From: Minisyncoccota bacterium
GTDB taxonomy: Bacteria > Patescibacteriota > Microgenomatia > UBA1400 > PJMF01
Length of the DNA: 24,812 bases
NCBI GenBank assembly: GCA_043827245.1
Contig: JBDRPH010000080.1
Coordinates: forward strand, 1-24,812
Direction: 5' to 3'
Positions within the stretch are counted from its first letter, which is position 1; each line of letters begins with the position of its first letter. This document shows positions 9,974 through 17,533 of this stretch, one piece after another. The position numbers and the translations under genes are program-made. The notes below the pieces were generated by a model that saw nothing but the letters and a program-made list of their open reading frames with translations, was not told the origin of the DNA and made no database searches.

Positions 9974-10510
9974 ATGACACTCCCCGCACGAAAACAATCA
10001 GAACAATTATTGGCAAAATACGTTAAAAACGAAGCACTTCAGCATCACGTTCAAATGGTCGCTCAAGCCATGGAAGCTTATGCCGAGGCTCTTGGTGAAG
10101 ATGTCGAGCTTTGGTATCAAACAGGCTTGCTTCATGACCTAGATTGGGAAATGTATCCGGATGAACATCCGAATAAAGCAGTTAGTGAAATCTTGACCGA
10201 CTACCCTGCTGAACTGATTGAAGCGATCAGGGCTCATGCCCCTCAACGCACTGGTAAGCAGCCGGAAGCTTTACTTGATCGCTATTTATTTGCTTGTGAT
10301 GAATTAGCGGGCCTGATGCATGCCGTGTCACTGATGCGACCGAATGGCTTTGCTGATATGAAAGCCAAATCAGTGAAGAAAAAGTTGAAAGATAAGTCTT
10401 TTGCGGCTAATGTAAGTAGAGAAGATATTGAACAAGGATTTGAGTTGATTGGCAAAAATCCCGATGAACATATATCATTTTTAATTGAAGTATTTAAGAA
10501 AGAAAAATAA
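9974..10510 (+). CDS. HD-superfamily metal-dependent phosphohydrolase (HDIG, COG2316-like by motif recall)
   Basis: HH...GLLHDLDWE...EH...IRAH...LFACDEL metal-ligand pattern; C-terminal KKKLKDKSFAANVSREDI. Confidence 0.85.
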   Translation: MTLPARKQSEQLLAKYVKNEALQHHVQMVAQAMEAYAEALGEDVELWYQTGLLHDLDWEMYPDEHPNKAVSEILTDYPAELIEAIRAHAPQRTGKQPEALLDRYLFACDELAGLMHAVSLMRPNGFADMKAKSVKKKLKDKSFAANVSREDIEQGFELIGKNPDEHISFLIEVFKKEK

Positions 10511-10512
10511 AT

Positions 10513-11784
10513 ATGTTAGATATTAATTATATTCGTGAAAATGCCGAGATCGTTAGAAAAGCTTGCCAAAATAAACAGCTTGATTCTTCATTGGTAGATC
10601 AAGTGCTAGCGGTTGATGAGAGTCGTCGAGAATTAATGGTAGAGGTGCAAGCTTTGCGCCAACAAACCAATGAAAATGCTGAGGCAGTCAAACAGCAGGT
10701 TGCCAATGGTCAAAAACCAAGTGAGGAAGCAATCGCTCGGGGCAAAGAAATCAAAGAAAAACTCAAAGCGATCGAGCCACAGCTCAAAGAAGTTGAGGAA
10801 AAATTTACCGAGTTGATGCTTGCGGTCCCCAATGTGCCAGCGGGAGATGTACCGGTGGGTAAAGACGAAACAGGCAATCAAGTTTTGCGTCAAGAAGGAA
10901 ACCTGCCTAAGTTTGATTTTGAGCCAAAACCTCATCAAGAATTGATGGAAGCACTAGACATGTTGGACACCAAACGAGCAGTGCGAATTGCAGGATTTAG
11001 AGCTTATTTTTTGAAAAATAATGGTTTGTTGTTAGAACGAGCCCTGATGGATTATGCCCTCGATTTGATGATAGAACATGGTTTCACAGCCATGAATGCT
11101 CCAGTTCTGGTTGGCAAAGAAGCAATGGTAGGAACGGGCTATTTTCCTTGGGGAGAAGAAGATCATTATGTGACGCAAGATGGTTCAATTTTGGCTGGCA
11201 CTGCAGAAGTGGCTCTCACCGCCTTTTACACAGGAGAGACTCTAGCCGAAAAAGATCTGCCGATTAAATTAACTGGTATTTCACCTTGTTTCCGTCGGGA
11301 GGTTGGTTCTTACGGCAAGGACACACAAGGAATTATCAGAGTTCATCAATTTAATAAAGTAGAACAAATGGTTTACACGATAGCTGATGAAGAAGAAACC
11401 AGGAGATGGCATGACAAAATGTTGGGTTTTTCAGAAGAACTACTGCAAGGCTTGGAGTTACCTTATCAAGTATTGTTGATGTGTACTGGTGATATGGGAG
11501 CGGGACAACGTAAAAAGTATGATTTAGAAACTTGGTTCCCGGCACAAAATAAGTATCGAGAAACTCATTCAGCCAGTTATTTTAATGACTTTCAATCAAG
11601 ACGGTTAAACATTCGCTACCAGGCTCAAGATGGTAGCTTGAAATATGTTTATACGCTTAATAACACGGTGGCGGCCTCGCCCCGTTTACTAGCGGCAATT
11701 GTGGAAAATTATCAGCAAGCAGATGGCACGATTAGTGTTCCCAAAATTCTTCAACCATATTTAAATAAAACCAAACTGGATTGA
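10513..11784 (+). CDS. serS: Seryl-tRNA synthetase
   Basis: MLDINYIREN, N-terminal coiled coil, GTAEV, CFRREVGSYGKDTQGIIRVHQFNKVE, TLNNTVAASPRLLAAIVEN. Confidence 0.98.
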   Translation: MLDINYIRENAEIVRKACQNKQLDSSLVDQVLAVDESRRELMVEVQALRQQTNENAEAVKQQVANGQKPSEEAIARGKEIKEKLKAIEPQLKEVEEKFTELMLAVPNVPAGDVPVGKDETGNQVLRQEGNLPKFDFEPKPHQELMEALDMLDTKRAVRIAGFRAYFLKNNGLLLERALMDYALDLMIEHGFTAMNAPVLVGKEAMVGTGYFPWGEEDHYVTQDGSILAGTAEVALTAFYTGETLAEKDLPIKLTGISPCFRREVGSYGKDTQGIIRVHQFNKVEQMVYTIADEEETRRWHDKMLGFSEELLQGLELPYQVLLMCTGDMGAGQRKKYDLETWFPAQNKYRETHSASYFNDFQSRRLNIRYQAQDGSLKYVYTLNNTVAASPRLLAAIVENYQQADGTISVPKILQPYLNKTKLD

Positions 11785-11827
11785 GTTTTGGCGAGATTAT
11801 TTCTCTGAAAAATACACTAAGTTGCTC

Positions 11828-11833
11828 TATAAT
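11828..11833 (+). promoter_or_regulatory. Putative -10 box of secA
   Basis: TATAAT 8 nt before ATG 11842; weak -35 candidate CTGAAA at 11805-11810 (17-bp spacer). Confidence 0.5.
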
Positions 11834-11841
11834 AAACCCCT

Positions 11842-14802
11842 ATGTTGAAGTTCTTAGCCAAAATTTTTGATGAAGATCAGCGTAAATTAGATTCCTATCA
11901 GAAACTAGTTGGTGAGATTAATGATTTTGAACCTAAAATTAAAAAACTCACTGATGCTCAATTGGCCGCTCAAACTGATAAATTTCGTCAGGGAATAGAA
12001 GCAGTACGCGCCAAGGTTATTCCCGGTGATGCTGAGGCTTTAGCTACTGCTGAACAAAATATTTTAGACGAACTATTGCCGGAAGCTTTTGCCACTGTCA
12101 GAGAAACTGCGCGCCGAGTATTGGGCATGCGCCATTATGATGTTCAGCTATTGGCGGGCATTGCCCTGCACAAAAAAAATATTACTGAACAAAAAACTGG
12201 TGAAGGAAAAACTTTAACAGTTAGTGCTCCTCTCTACCTTAACTCTCTACTTGGAAAAGGTGCTCACTTAGTGACAGTCAACGACTATTTGGCCGAAGTT
12301 GGAGTGGGTTGGATGGGGCCAATTTATCATTTCCTTGGTTTAAAGACAGCAGTGATAGTTCATGATCGCGCCAGGCTTTATGATCCCAGCGTGGACAGTG
12401 AAGATCGAGGTGACGAGCGTCTAGAACACTTTGTCGAAATTCCTCGTCGAGATGCTTACGCGGCTGATATTACTTATGGCACCAACAACGAATTTGGTTT
12501 TGATTATTTGCGCGATAACATGGTGCAGACTTTAGATCGCATGGTCCAGCGTCAAGATTATGCTCACCACTTTGCTATTGTTGATGAGGCCGACTCAATT
12601 CTGATTGATGAGGCTCGCACACCATTGATTATTTCTGCTCCAGATACTGAGCCGACCAAAAAATATCAAGAAACAGCTCACATGGTAAAGTCGTTGGTTA
12701 AAGATCAGGATTATTCGATTGACGAAAAATCAAAATCAGCCACTCTGACAGATTTGGGAGTGAAGAGAATTGAACAAAAATTGGGCGTCAAAAATCTTTA
12801 CGAAGAAAGTTTTGAAACTATTCATCACATTGAGTCAGCTCTCAAAGCGATGACTCTTTATCAACGCGATAAAGAATATATTGTTCGCGACGGTCAGGTA
12901 GTAATTGTTGACGAACATACTGGCCGCCTGATGTATGGCAGACGTTATTCTGATGGATTACATCAAGCAATTGAAGCCAAAGAAGCAGTCAGTATTCAAC
13001 AAGAATCCAGAACTTTAGCAACTATTTCTATTCAAAACTATTTCCGGATGTATCACAAATTGGCAGGCATGACTGGTACGGCCGCAACAGAAGCTGAAGA
13101 ATTTAATAAAATTTATGAAGTAGATGTTTTGGTTATTCCTACTAATAAACCAATTGTTCGCGATGATCGATCTGACATAGTTTACAAAACTACTGCTGCC
13201 AAATATTCAGCGATTATCAAAGAAATAGAGAACTTGCACGCCAAAGGTAGACCAATTTTGCTTGGCACTAGATCGATTGAAAATAACCAAATTATTGCTA
13301 GCTTTTTGACTAGAAAGAAAATTCCTCATCAGATTTTGAATGCTAAAAATAATGAAAAAGAAGCTTTCATTATTGCTGACGCTGGTAAAAAAGGTGCTAT
13401 TACGGTAGCTACGAACATTGCTGGTCGTGGAGTGGACATTGTTTTGGGTGGAGCTCAGCCAGAACTTAAAGAATATCGTAAGAAAACTTCTACCAAAAAA
13501 AGATCAACTTTACCTAAAAAATATGAAAGTTTGAGATTACCCACCAATATCAATCCCGCCAACTATAAATTGGCAGAATATGCCAAGGCTTTTGCCCAGT
13601 GGCAAAAAGCTCACGATCAAGTAGTGGCCTTGGGTGGTTTACATATTCTTGGTACAGAGCGTCATGAATCGCGACGAATTGACAATCAACTCAGGGGCAG
13701 AGCTGGTCGACAAGGTGATCCTGGCTCTTCACAATTTTTTGTTGGTTTGGATGATGAGATTATGAGGATTTTTGGGGGTGAGCAAATTGCCAAAATGATG
13801 GACTTTTTGAAAATTGATGAGAATCAACCTATTGAACACAAGATGGTTGGTAAATCAATCGAATCTGCTCAGGTGAAAGTGGAGGGATTTTTCTTTGATC
13901 AACGTAAAAGATTGGTGGAATTTGACGATGTGATGAATAAGCATCGGGAGATTATTTATAAACGCCGTCGTCGTTTGCTCGAACAAGCAGAAGCTGAGGC
14001 TCGTAAAGAAACAGTTTCCGAACCATTACAAGAGCAAATTAAAGGTTTCTTGGAAGAGGAAATTGACAGCTTAGTTAGCAAACACTTCATTCAGGGTTCT
14101 GAAGACGAGAGCATTGATTCATTGATTAGGGAATTTATCACTATCATTCCTTTTGACAGCGAATCACAAAAAAGACTCTTTAAAGATTTGAAAAAAATAG
14201 GCAATGAAGATGAAATAAAAAATCGATTAAATGAAATTGCTGACAATACTTACAGCTCACGCGAACAAACATTGGGTAAAGAGCAACTGCGTAATTTAGA
14301 AAAACTAGTAACGCTTTCTACGGTTGATGAAAAGTGGATGGATCACTTGGATGAAGTAGAGAGTTTGCGTGAAGGCATTTGGCTCAGAGGCGACAAACAA
14401 ACAGTGATCTCAGAATATAAAAAAGAGGCTTTTGATTTGTTTGAAGAATTGATCGATAGCATAGATGCTACCATCGCCCGACGTATTTTCCGAGTTCATC
14501 CAGTTTCGCAGCCAGTTCAATCAGTAATTCCGGAAGGTGTTGAATTTAAAAAAGAAGATATTCACGAAAGTATTACCAAAGAAGTAGCCGATGCTACTCC
14601 CCCATCTTCTGCCCAAGCTCCACGGAAACAAACTGGTTCGCTGGGAGATTTAGCCGCCGCCTTGGGATCTGCTAAAGCCACTCCCTCGAGAAAGCCAGGC
14701 TCTAAGCGAGCCAAAATCGGTCGCAATGATCCCTGTCCTTGCGGTAGTGGCCTGAAATATAAGAAGTGTGGCCTGATTAATGCACCGGAGCATAAAGGAT
14801 AA
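11842..14802 (+). CDS. secA: Preprotein translocase subunit SecA
   Basis: TGEGKT, HLVTVNDYLA, DEADSILIDEARTPLIIS, GRRYSDGLHQAIEAKE, ATNIAGRGVDI, ESRRIDNQLRGRAGRQGDPG, C-terminal GRNDPCPCGSGLKYKKC. Confidence 0.99.
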   Translation: MLKFLAKIFDEDQRKLDSYQKLVGEINDFEPKIKKLTDAQLAAQTDKFRQGIEAVRAKVIPGDAEALATAEQNILDELLPEAFATVRETARRVLGMRHYDVQLLAGIALHKKNITEQKTGEGKTLTVSAPLYLNSLLGKGAHLVTVNDYLAEVGVGWMGPIYHFLGLKTAVIVHDRARLYDPSVDSEDRGDERLEHFVEIPRRDAYAADITYGTNNEFGFDYLRDNMVQTLDRMVQRQDYAHHFAIVDEADSILIDEARTPLIISAPDTEPTKKYQETAHMVKSLVKDQDYSIDEKSKSATLTDLGVKRIEQKLGVKNLYEESFETIHHIESALKAMTLYQRDKEYIVRDGQVVIVDEHTGRLMYGRRYSDGLHQAIEAKEAVSIQQESRTLATISIQNYFRMYHKLAGMTGTAATEAEEFNKIYEVDVLVIPTNKPIVRDDRSDIVYKTTAAKYSAIIKEIENLHAKGRPILLGTRSIENNQIIASFLTRKKIPHQILNAKNNEKEAFIIADAGKKGAITVATNIAGRGVDIVLGGAQPELKEYRKKTSTKKRSTLPKKYESLRLPTNINPANYKLAEYAKAFAQWQKAHDQVVALGGLHILGTERHESRRIDNQLRGRAGRQGDPGSSQFFVGLDDEIMRIFGGEQIAKMMDFLKIDENQPIEHKMVGKSIESAQVKVEGFFFDQRKRLVEFDDVMNKHREIIYKRRRRLLEQAEAEARKETVSEPLQEQIKGFLEEEIDSLVSKHFIQGSEDESIDSLIREFITIIPFDSESQKRLFKDLKKIGNEDEIKNRLNEIADNTYSSREQTLGKEQLRNLEKLVTLSTVDEKWMDHLDEVESLREGIWLRGDKQTVISEYKKEAFDLFEELIDSIDATIARRIFRVHPVSQPVQSVIPEGVEFKKEDIHESITKEVADATPPSSAQAPRKQTGSLGDLAAALGSAKATPSRKPGSKRAKIGRNDPCPCGSGLKYKKCGLINAPEHKG

Positions 14803-14846
14803 ATTTTAATCTGATTTTGGCATTTTTCAGTCTCTCTAATACAGAG

Positions 14847-14855
14847 TGATATAAT
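14847..14855 (+). promoter_or_regulatory. Extended -10 promoter for the ORF88-mutM-Nudix unit
   Basis: TGaTATAAT 6 nt before ATG 14862. Confidence 0.6.
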
Positions 14856-14861
14856 TGTTTT

Positions 14862-15128
14862 ATGAGAAATCCTGATAGATTGCTTCCAACCGCTCCAGAA
14901 GATCTTTATAGAACTATTGAATCGGGCGATGAAAATGCTTACGCTGCTTGGCAAATTCTTTCCAATCTAGCAAATGGAGGAAATGAGGCCGTTAGAAATT
15001 TAGTAAACCAATTAGAAAAAGCTTTTGCCAGCGGAGAAATCAAAATGCCAGTTCAATTAGAAAAAAAGAGAAAAAAATTGGGAATGTTTAGAACAAAAGA
15101 AGGCTTACTTCCTCCTGATAATTATTAA
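14862..15128 (+). CDS. Hypothetical protein, 88 aa
   Basis: Fills the secA-mutM gap on the same strand and has its own extended -10 box; no motif I recognise. Confidence 0.6.
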   Translation: MRNPDRLLPTAPEDLYRTIESGDENAYAAWQILSNLANGGNEAVRNLVNQLEKAFASGEIKMPVQLEKKRKKLGMFRTKEGLLPPDNY

Positions 15129-15147
15129 ATAATTAATTAGTTTAATC

Positions 15148-15996
15148 ATGCCGGAATTGCCAGAAGTTGAAACAGTCGTGCGTCGATTGGGTGAAGTTTT
15201 GCCCGGTAGAGTAATTGAAAAGATTGAAGTACTGCGCGATAAAAGTTTTCAAGGGCAACCAAACCGATTGAAGGCTCAGCAAATCACTGGTGTCTCTCGC
15301 AGAGCAAAGATGATTCATATTCACTTGGATGGCGATCATGATTTATTAGTTCATCTCAAAATGACTGGCCAATTAATTTTTGTGGGAGATGGTCAAAAGG
15401 TTGGTGGCGGTCATCCCACTGGCGATTGGGTTAATCAGTTGCCCAGTAGTCACACTAGGGTGGTTATTACTTTCAAAGATGATTCGATTTTATATTTCAA
15501 TGACATGCGTGTTTTTGGCTGGATTCGCGCGTTAGATCAGCAGGCAATTGAAAAAGAATTTGATTGCTACGGACCAGACGCCAATAGTAATGAAGTGACT
15601 GTTGATTACTTCAAAAAAGTTTTTGCTCATCGCAGCATTCCTATTAAACAAGCGATCATGGATAATCGATTACTTTCTGGAGTGGGAAACATTTATGCTA
15701 GCGAGGCGTTGTTCTTCGCTGGAGTTCATCCCCAAAGACCAGCTAAATCTTTGACGGATCTAGAATGGAAAAAGTTACACGAAGTAACTAAAATGGTATT
15801 AGACCGGGGAATTAAAGCTGGTGGTACGACTTTTGATGGCAAATATGTGAATGCAGATGGCTTGGCTGGCCGCTATCAAGATCAACTGATGGTTTATGGA
15901 AAAGCTGGAGAAGTTTGCAAAAATTGTGGTACGAAAATTGAAAAAATTAAATTAGGTGGGCGAGGTACTTATTTTTGTCCTCAATGCCAAGGTTAG
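15148..15996 (+). CDS. mutM: Formamidopyrimidine-DNA glycosylase / AP lyase
   Basis: N-terminal PELPEVETV, HLKMTG, H2TH motif SGVGNIYASEALF, C-terminal Zn finger CKNC...RGTYFCPQCQ. Confidence 0.98.
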   Translation: MPELPEVETVVRRLGEVLPGRVIEKIEVLRDKSFQGQPNRLKAQQITGVSRRAKMIHIHLDGDHDLLVHLKMTGQLIFVGDGQKVGGGHPTGDWVNQLPSSHTRVVITFKDDSILYFNDMRVFGWIRALDQQAIEKEFDCYGPDANSNEVTVDYFKKVFAHRSIPIKQAIMDNRLLSGVGNIYASEALFFAGVHPQRPAKSLTDLEWKKLHEVTKMVLDRGIKAGGTTFDGKYVNADGLAGRYQDQLMVYGKAGEVCKNCGTKIEKIKLGGRGTYFCPQCQG

Positions 15997-16004
15997 AAAA
16001 GTTT

Positions 16005-16499
16005 ATGAAAAAAGTTCTTTACTCAGTTACCAATTTTTTACACTGTGGTGATGACTATTTATTTGTCCATCGAACTAAGAAGACTGACTATGAAGTGGAC
16101 AGCGGCAGACTCAATGGTATTGGCGGCAAACTAGAGCCAGGTGAAAATTTTCTACAAGCGGCTATCCGAGAAACAGAAGAAGAGACAGGTCTGATAATTG
16201 AGGCCAAAGATATTCAGTTAGCCGGCGTGGTGCGCATGCAAGGTGGCTATGAGCAAGATTGGATGATGTGCTTTTTTAAGATTGCGGTACCCACTAAAGA
16301 CATTCCCTCTGGCATGGAAAATCCTGAGGGAGAGTTAATTTGGTTGCCCAAGGATCGAGTGTTAAATAGTAATTACGAATTAGTTGACGATTTAAATTAT
16401 TGTTTTCCTGATATTGCCAAAGGAAAAATTCCTTTTTTTGCTCATTCTGAAATGAGTGAAGATGAAACGGTTAAAAATTGGAACGTAACCTATCTGTAA
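16005..16499 (+). CDS. Nudix hydrolase, MutT/MTH1-like (probable oxidised-dNTP pyrophosphatase)
   Basis: Nudix box GGKLEPGENFLQAAIRETEEETGL, preceded by LNGI (resembles the MTH1 WNGFGGK motif). ATG 16005 preferred over TTG 15975, which overlaps the mutM Zn finger. Confidence 0.85.
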   Translation: MKKVLYSVTNFLHCGDDYLFVHRTKKTDYEVDSGRLNGIGGKLEPGENFLQAAIRETEEETGLIIEAKDIQLAGVVRMQGGYEQDWMMCFFKIAVPTKDIPSGMENPEGELIWLPKDRVLNSNYELVDDLNYCFPDIAKGKIPFFAHSEMSEDETVKNWNVTYL

Positions 16500-16542
16500 A
16501 AATTACTTTATTTTTTTAAAAATCAAAATAATTAAAGATAAA

Positions 16543-17475
16543 TTATAAATATTGTTTCAAAGTATTGACTGATTTTTCTAACAATTGTTTTTCGTCCCAA
16601 GAAAGTTTAATTTCGATTGTTTGTTCTACTCCGCTACGACCGATGACACACGGTACGCTCAGTGCTACTCCACTATGACCTTGATAATTATGAAGTGGTG
16701 CAGAAACTGGAAAAACCCGTTTGCTATCGCGCAGAACAGCTTCTACTAACTCAGTAGTTGCTACAGCAATAGCGTAGTAAGTTGCTCCTTTAGTTGCAAT
16801 GATTTTATAAGCGGCATCACGTGTTTTTTGATAAGCCGCTTGAGCTTTTTCAATAGTCATATCTGGTAGAGACAACAAGTTTTGTCCGCCGACAGTCGCA
16901 CTAGCTAGTGCGGGAAAGGAAGTGTCGCCATGTTCACCCAGAATATAGGCATGAATGCTTCTAGGATTGACTTTTAAATTTTCAGATAAATGAAAGCGGA
17001 AACGAGAGGTGTCCAGCGTGGTGCCGGTGCCAAAAATTTGTCCTTTGGGTAAATTGGCAATTTTGTAGGCCTCATAAGTTAGAACATCGACGGGATTGCT
17101 AATGATAACGATGATTGCTTCTGGAGCATACTTAACTACTTTGGGAATAATTTCTCTAATGATTTCTTTATTTTTAGTTGTCAAATCCAGTCTAGTGTCT
17201 CCTGGTTTTTGTGCACTACCAGCAGCAATTATTACCACATCAGTATTTTTTAAATCTTCATAATTAGAGGAAGAGTGAACTTGAGCAGAGCCCATAAATG
17301 ACAAACCGTGCTCCAAATCAAGCTCTTCACCCTTTACCTTGTCTTCAGAACGACTGATGAGCAATAATTCATTGGGGATATTTTTCAAGAGTAAAGCAAA
17401 AGCCGTGGACATTCCCACGCGACCGCAACCAACAATGGCAATTTTATTATTATCGTATTTGGGCAGTTTAGTCAC
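16543..17475 (-). CDS. ldh: L-lactate dehydrogenase family protein
   Basis: GCGRVG Rossmann motif, substrate loop AGSAQKPGDTRLDL (Gln at LDH position 102), SNPVD, LDTSRF, GEHGDT, KGATYY. GTG start. Confidence 0.92.
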   Translation of the reverse strand: MTKLPKYDNNKIAIVGCGRVGMSTAFALLLKNIPNELLLISRSEDKVKGEELDLEHGLSFMGSAQVHSSSNYEDLKNTDVVIIAAGSAQKPGDTRLDLTTKNKEIIREIIPKVVKYAPEAIIVIISNPVDVLTYEAYKIANLPKGQIFGTGTTLDTSRFRFHLSENLKVNPRSIHAYILGEHGDTSFPALASATVGGQNLLSLPDMTIEKAQAAYQKTRDAAYKIIATKGATYYAIAVATTELVEAVLRDSKRVFPVSAPLHNYQGHSGVALSVPCVIGRSGVEQTIEIKLSWDEKQLLEKSVNTLKQYL

Positions 17476-17481
17476 AGGCTT

Positions 17482-17511
17482 ATTCTATTACTTTTATATT
17501 GATGAAAGCAA
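17482..17511 (-). promoter_or_regulatory. Putative sigma70 promoter of ldh
   Basis: Minus strand: TTGCTT (17511-17506), 18-bp spacer, TAGAAT (17487-17482), 6 nt before GTG 17475. Confidence 0.6.
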
Positions 17512-17533
17512 ATTCGGTTGATTATTTTTTAAA

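Noticed and set aside
13450-13610. Lys-rich segment inside SecA NBD2
   Set aside because: It falls at the known variable (VAR) subdomain position, where length and sequence differ widely among SecA proteins.
16500-16542. Convergence of two long co-oriented gene blocks as a possible replication terminus
   Set aside because: No dif-like site or terminator hairpin is visible, and the G/C asymmetry can come from coding-strand bias. Whole-genome cumulative skew would be needed.
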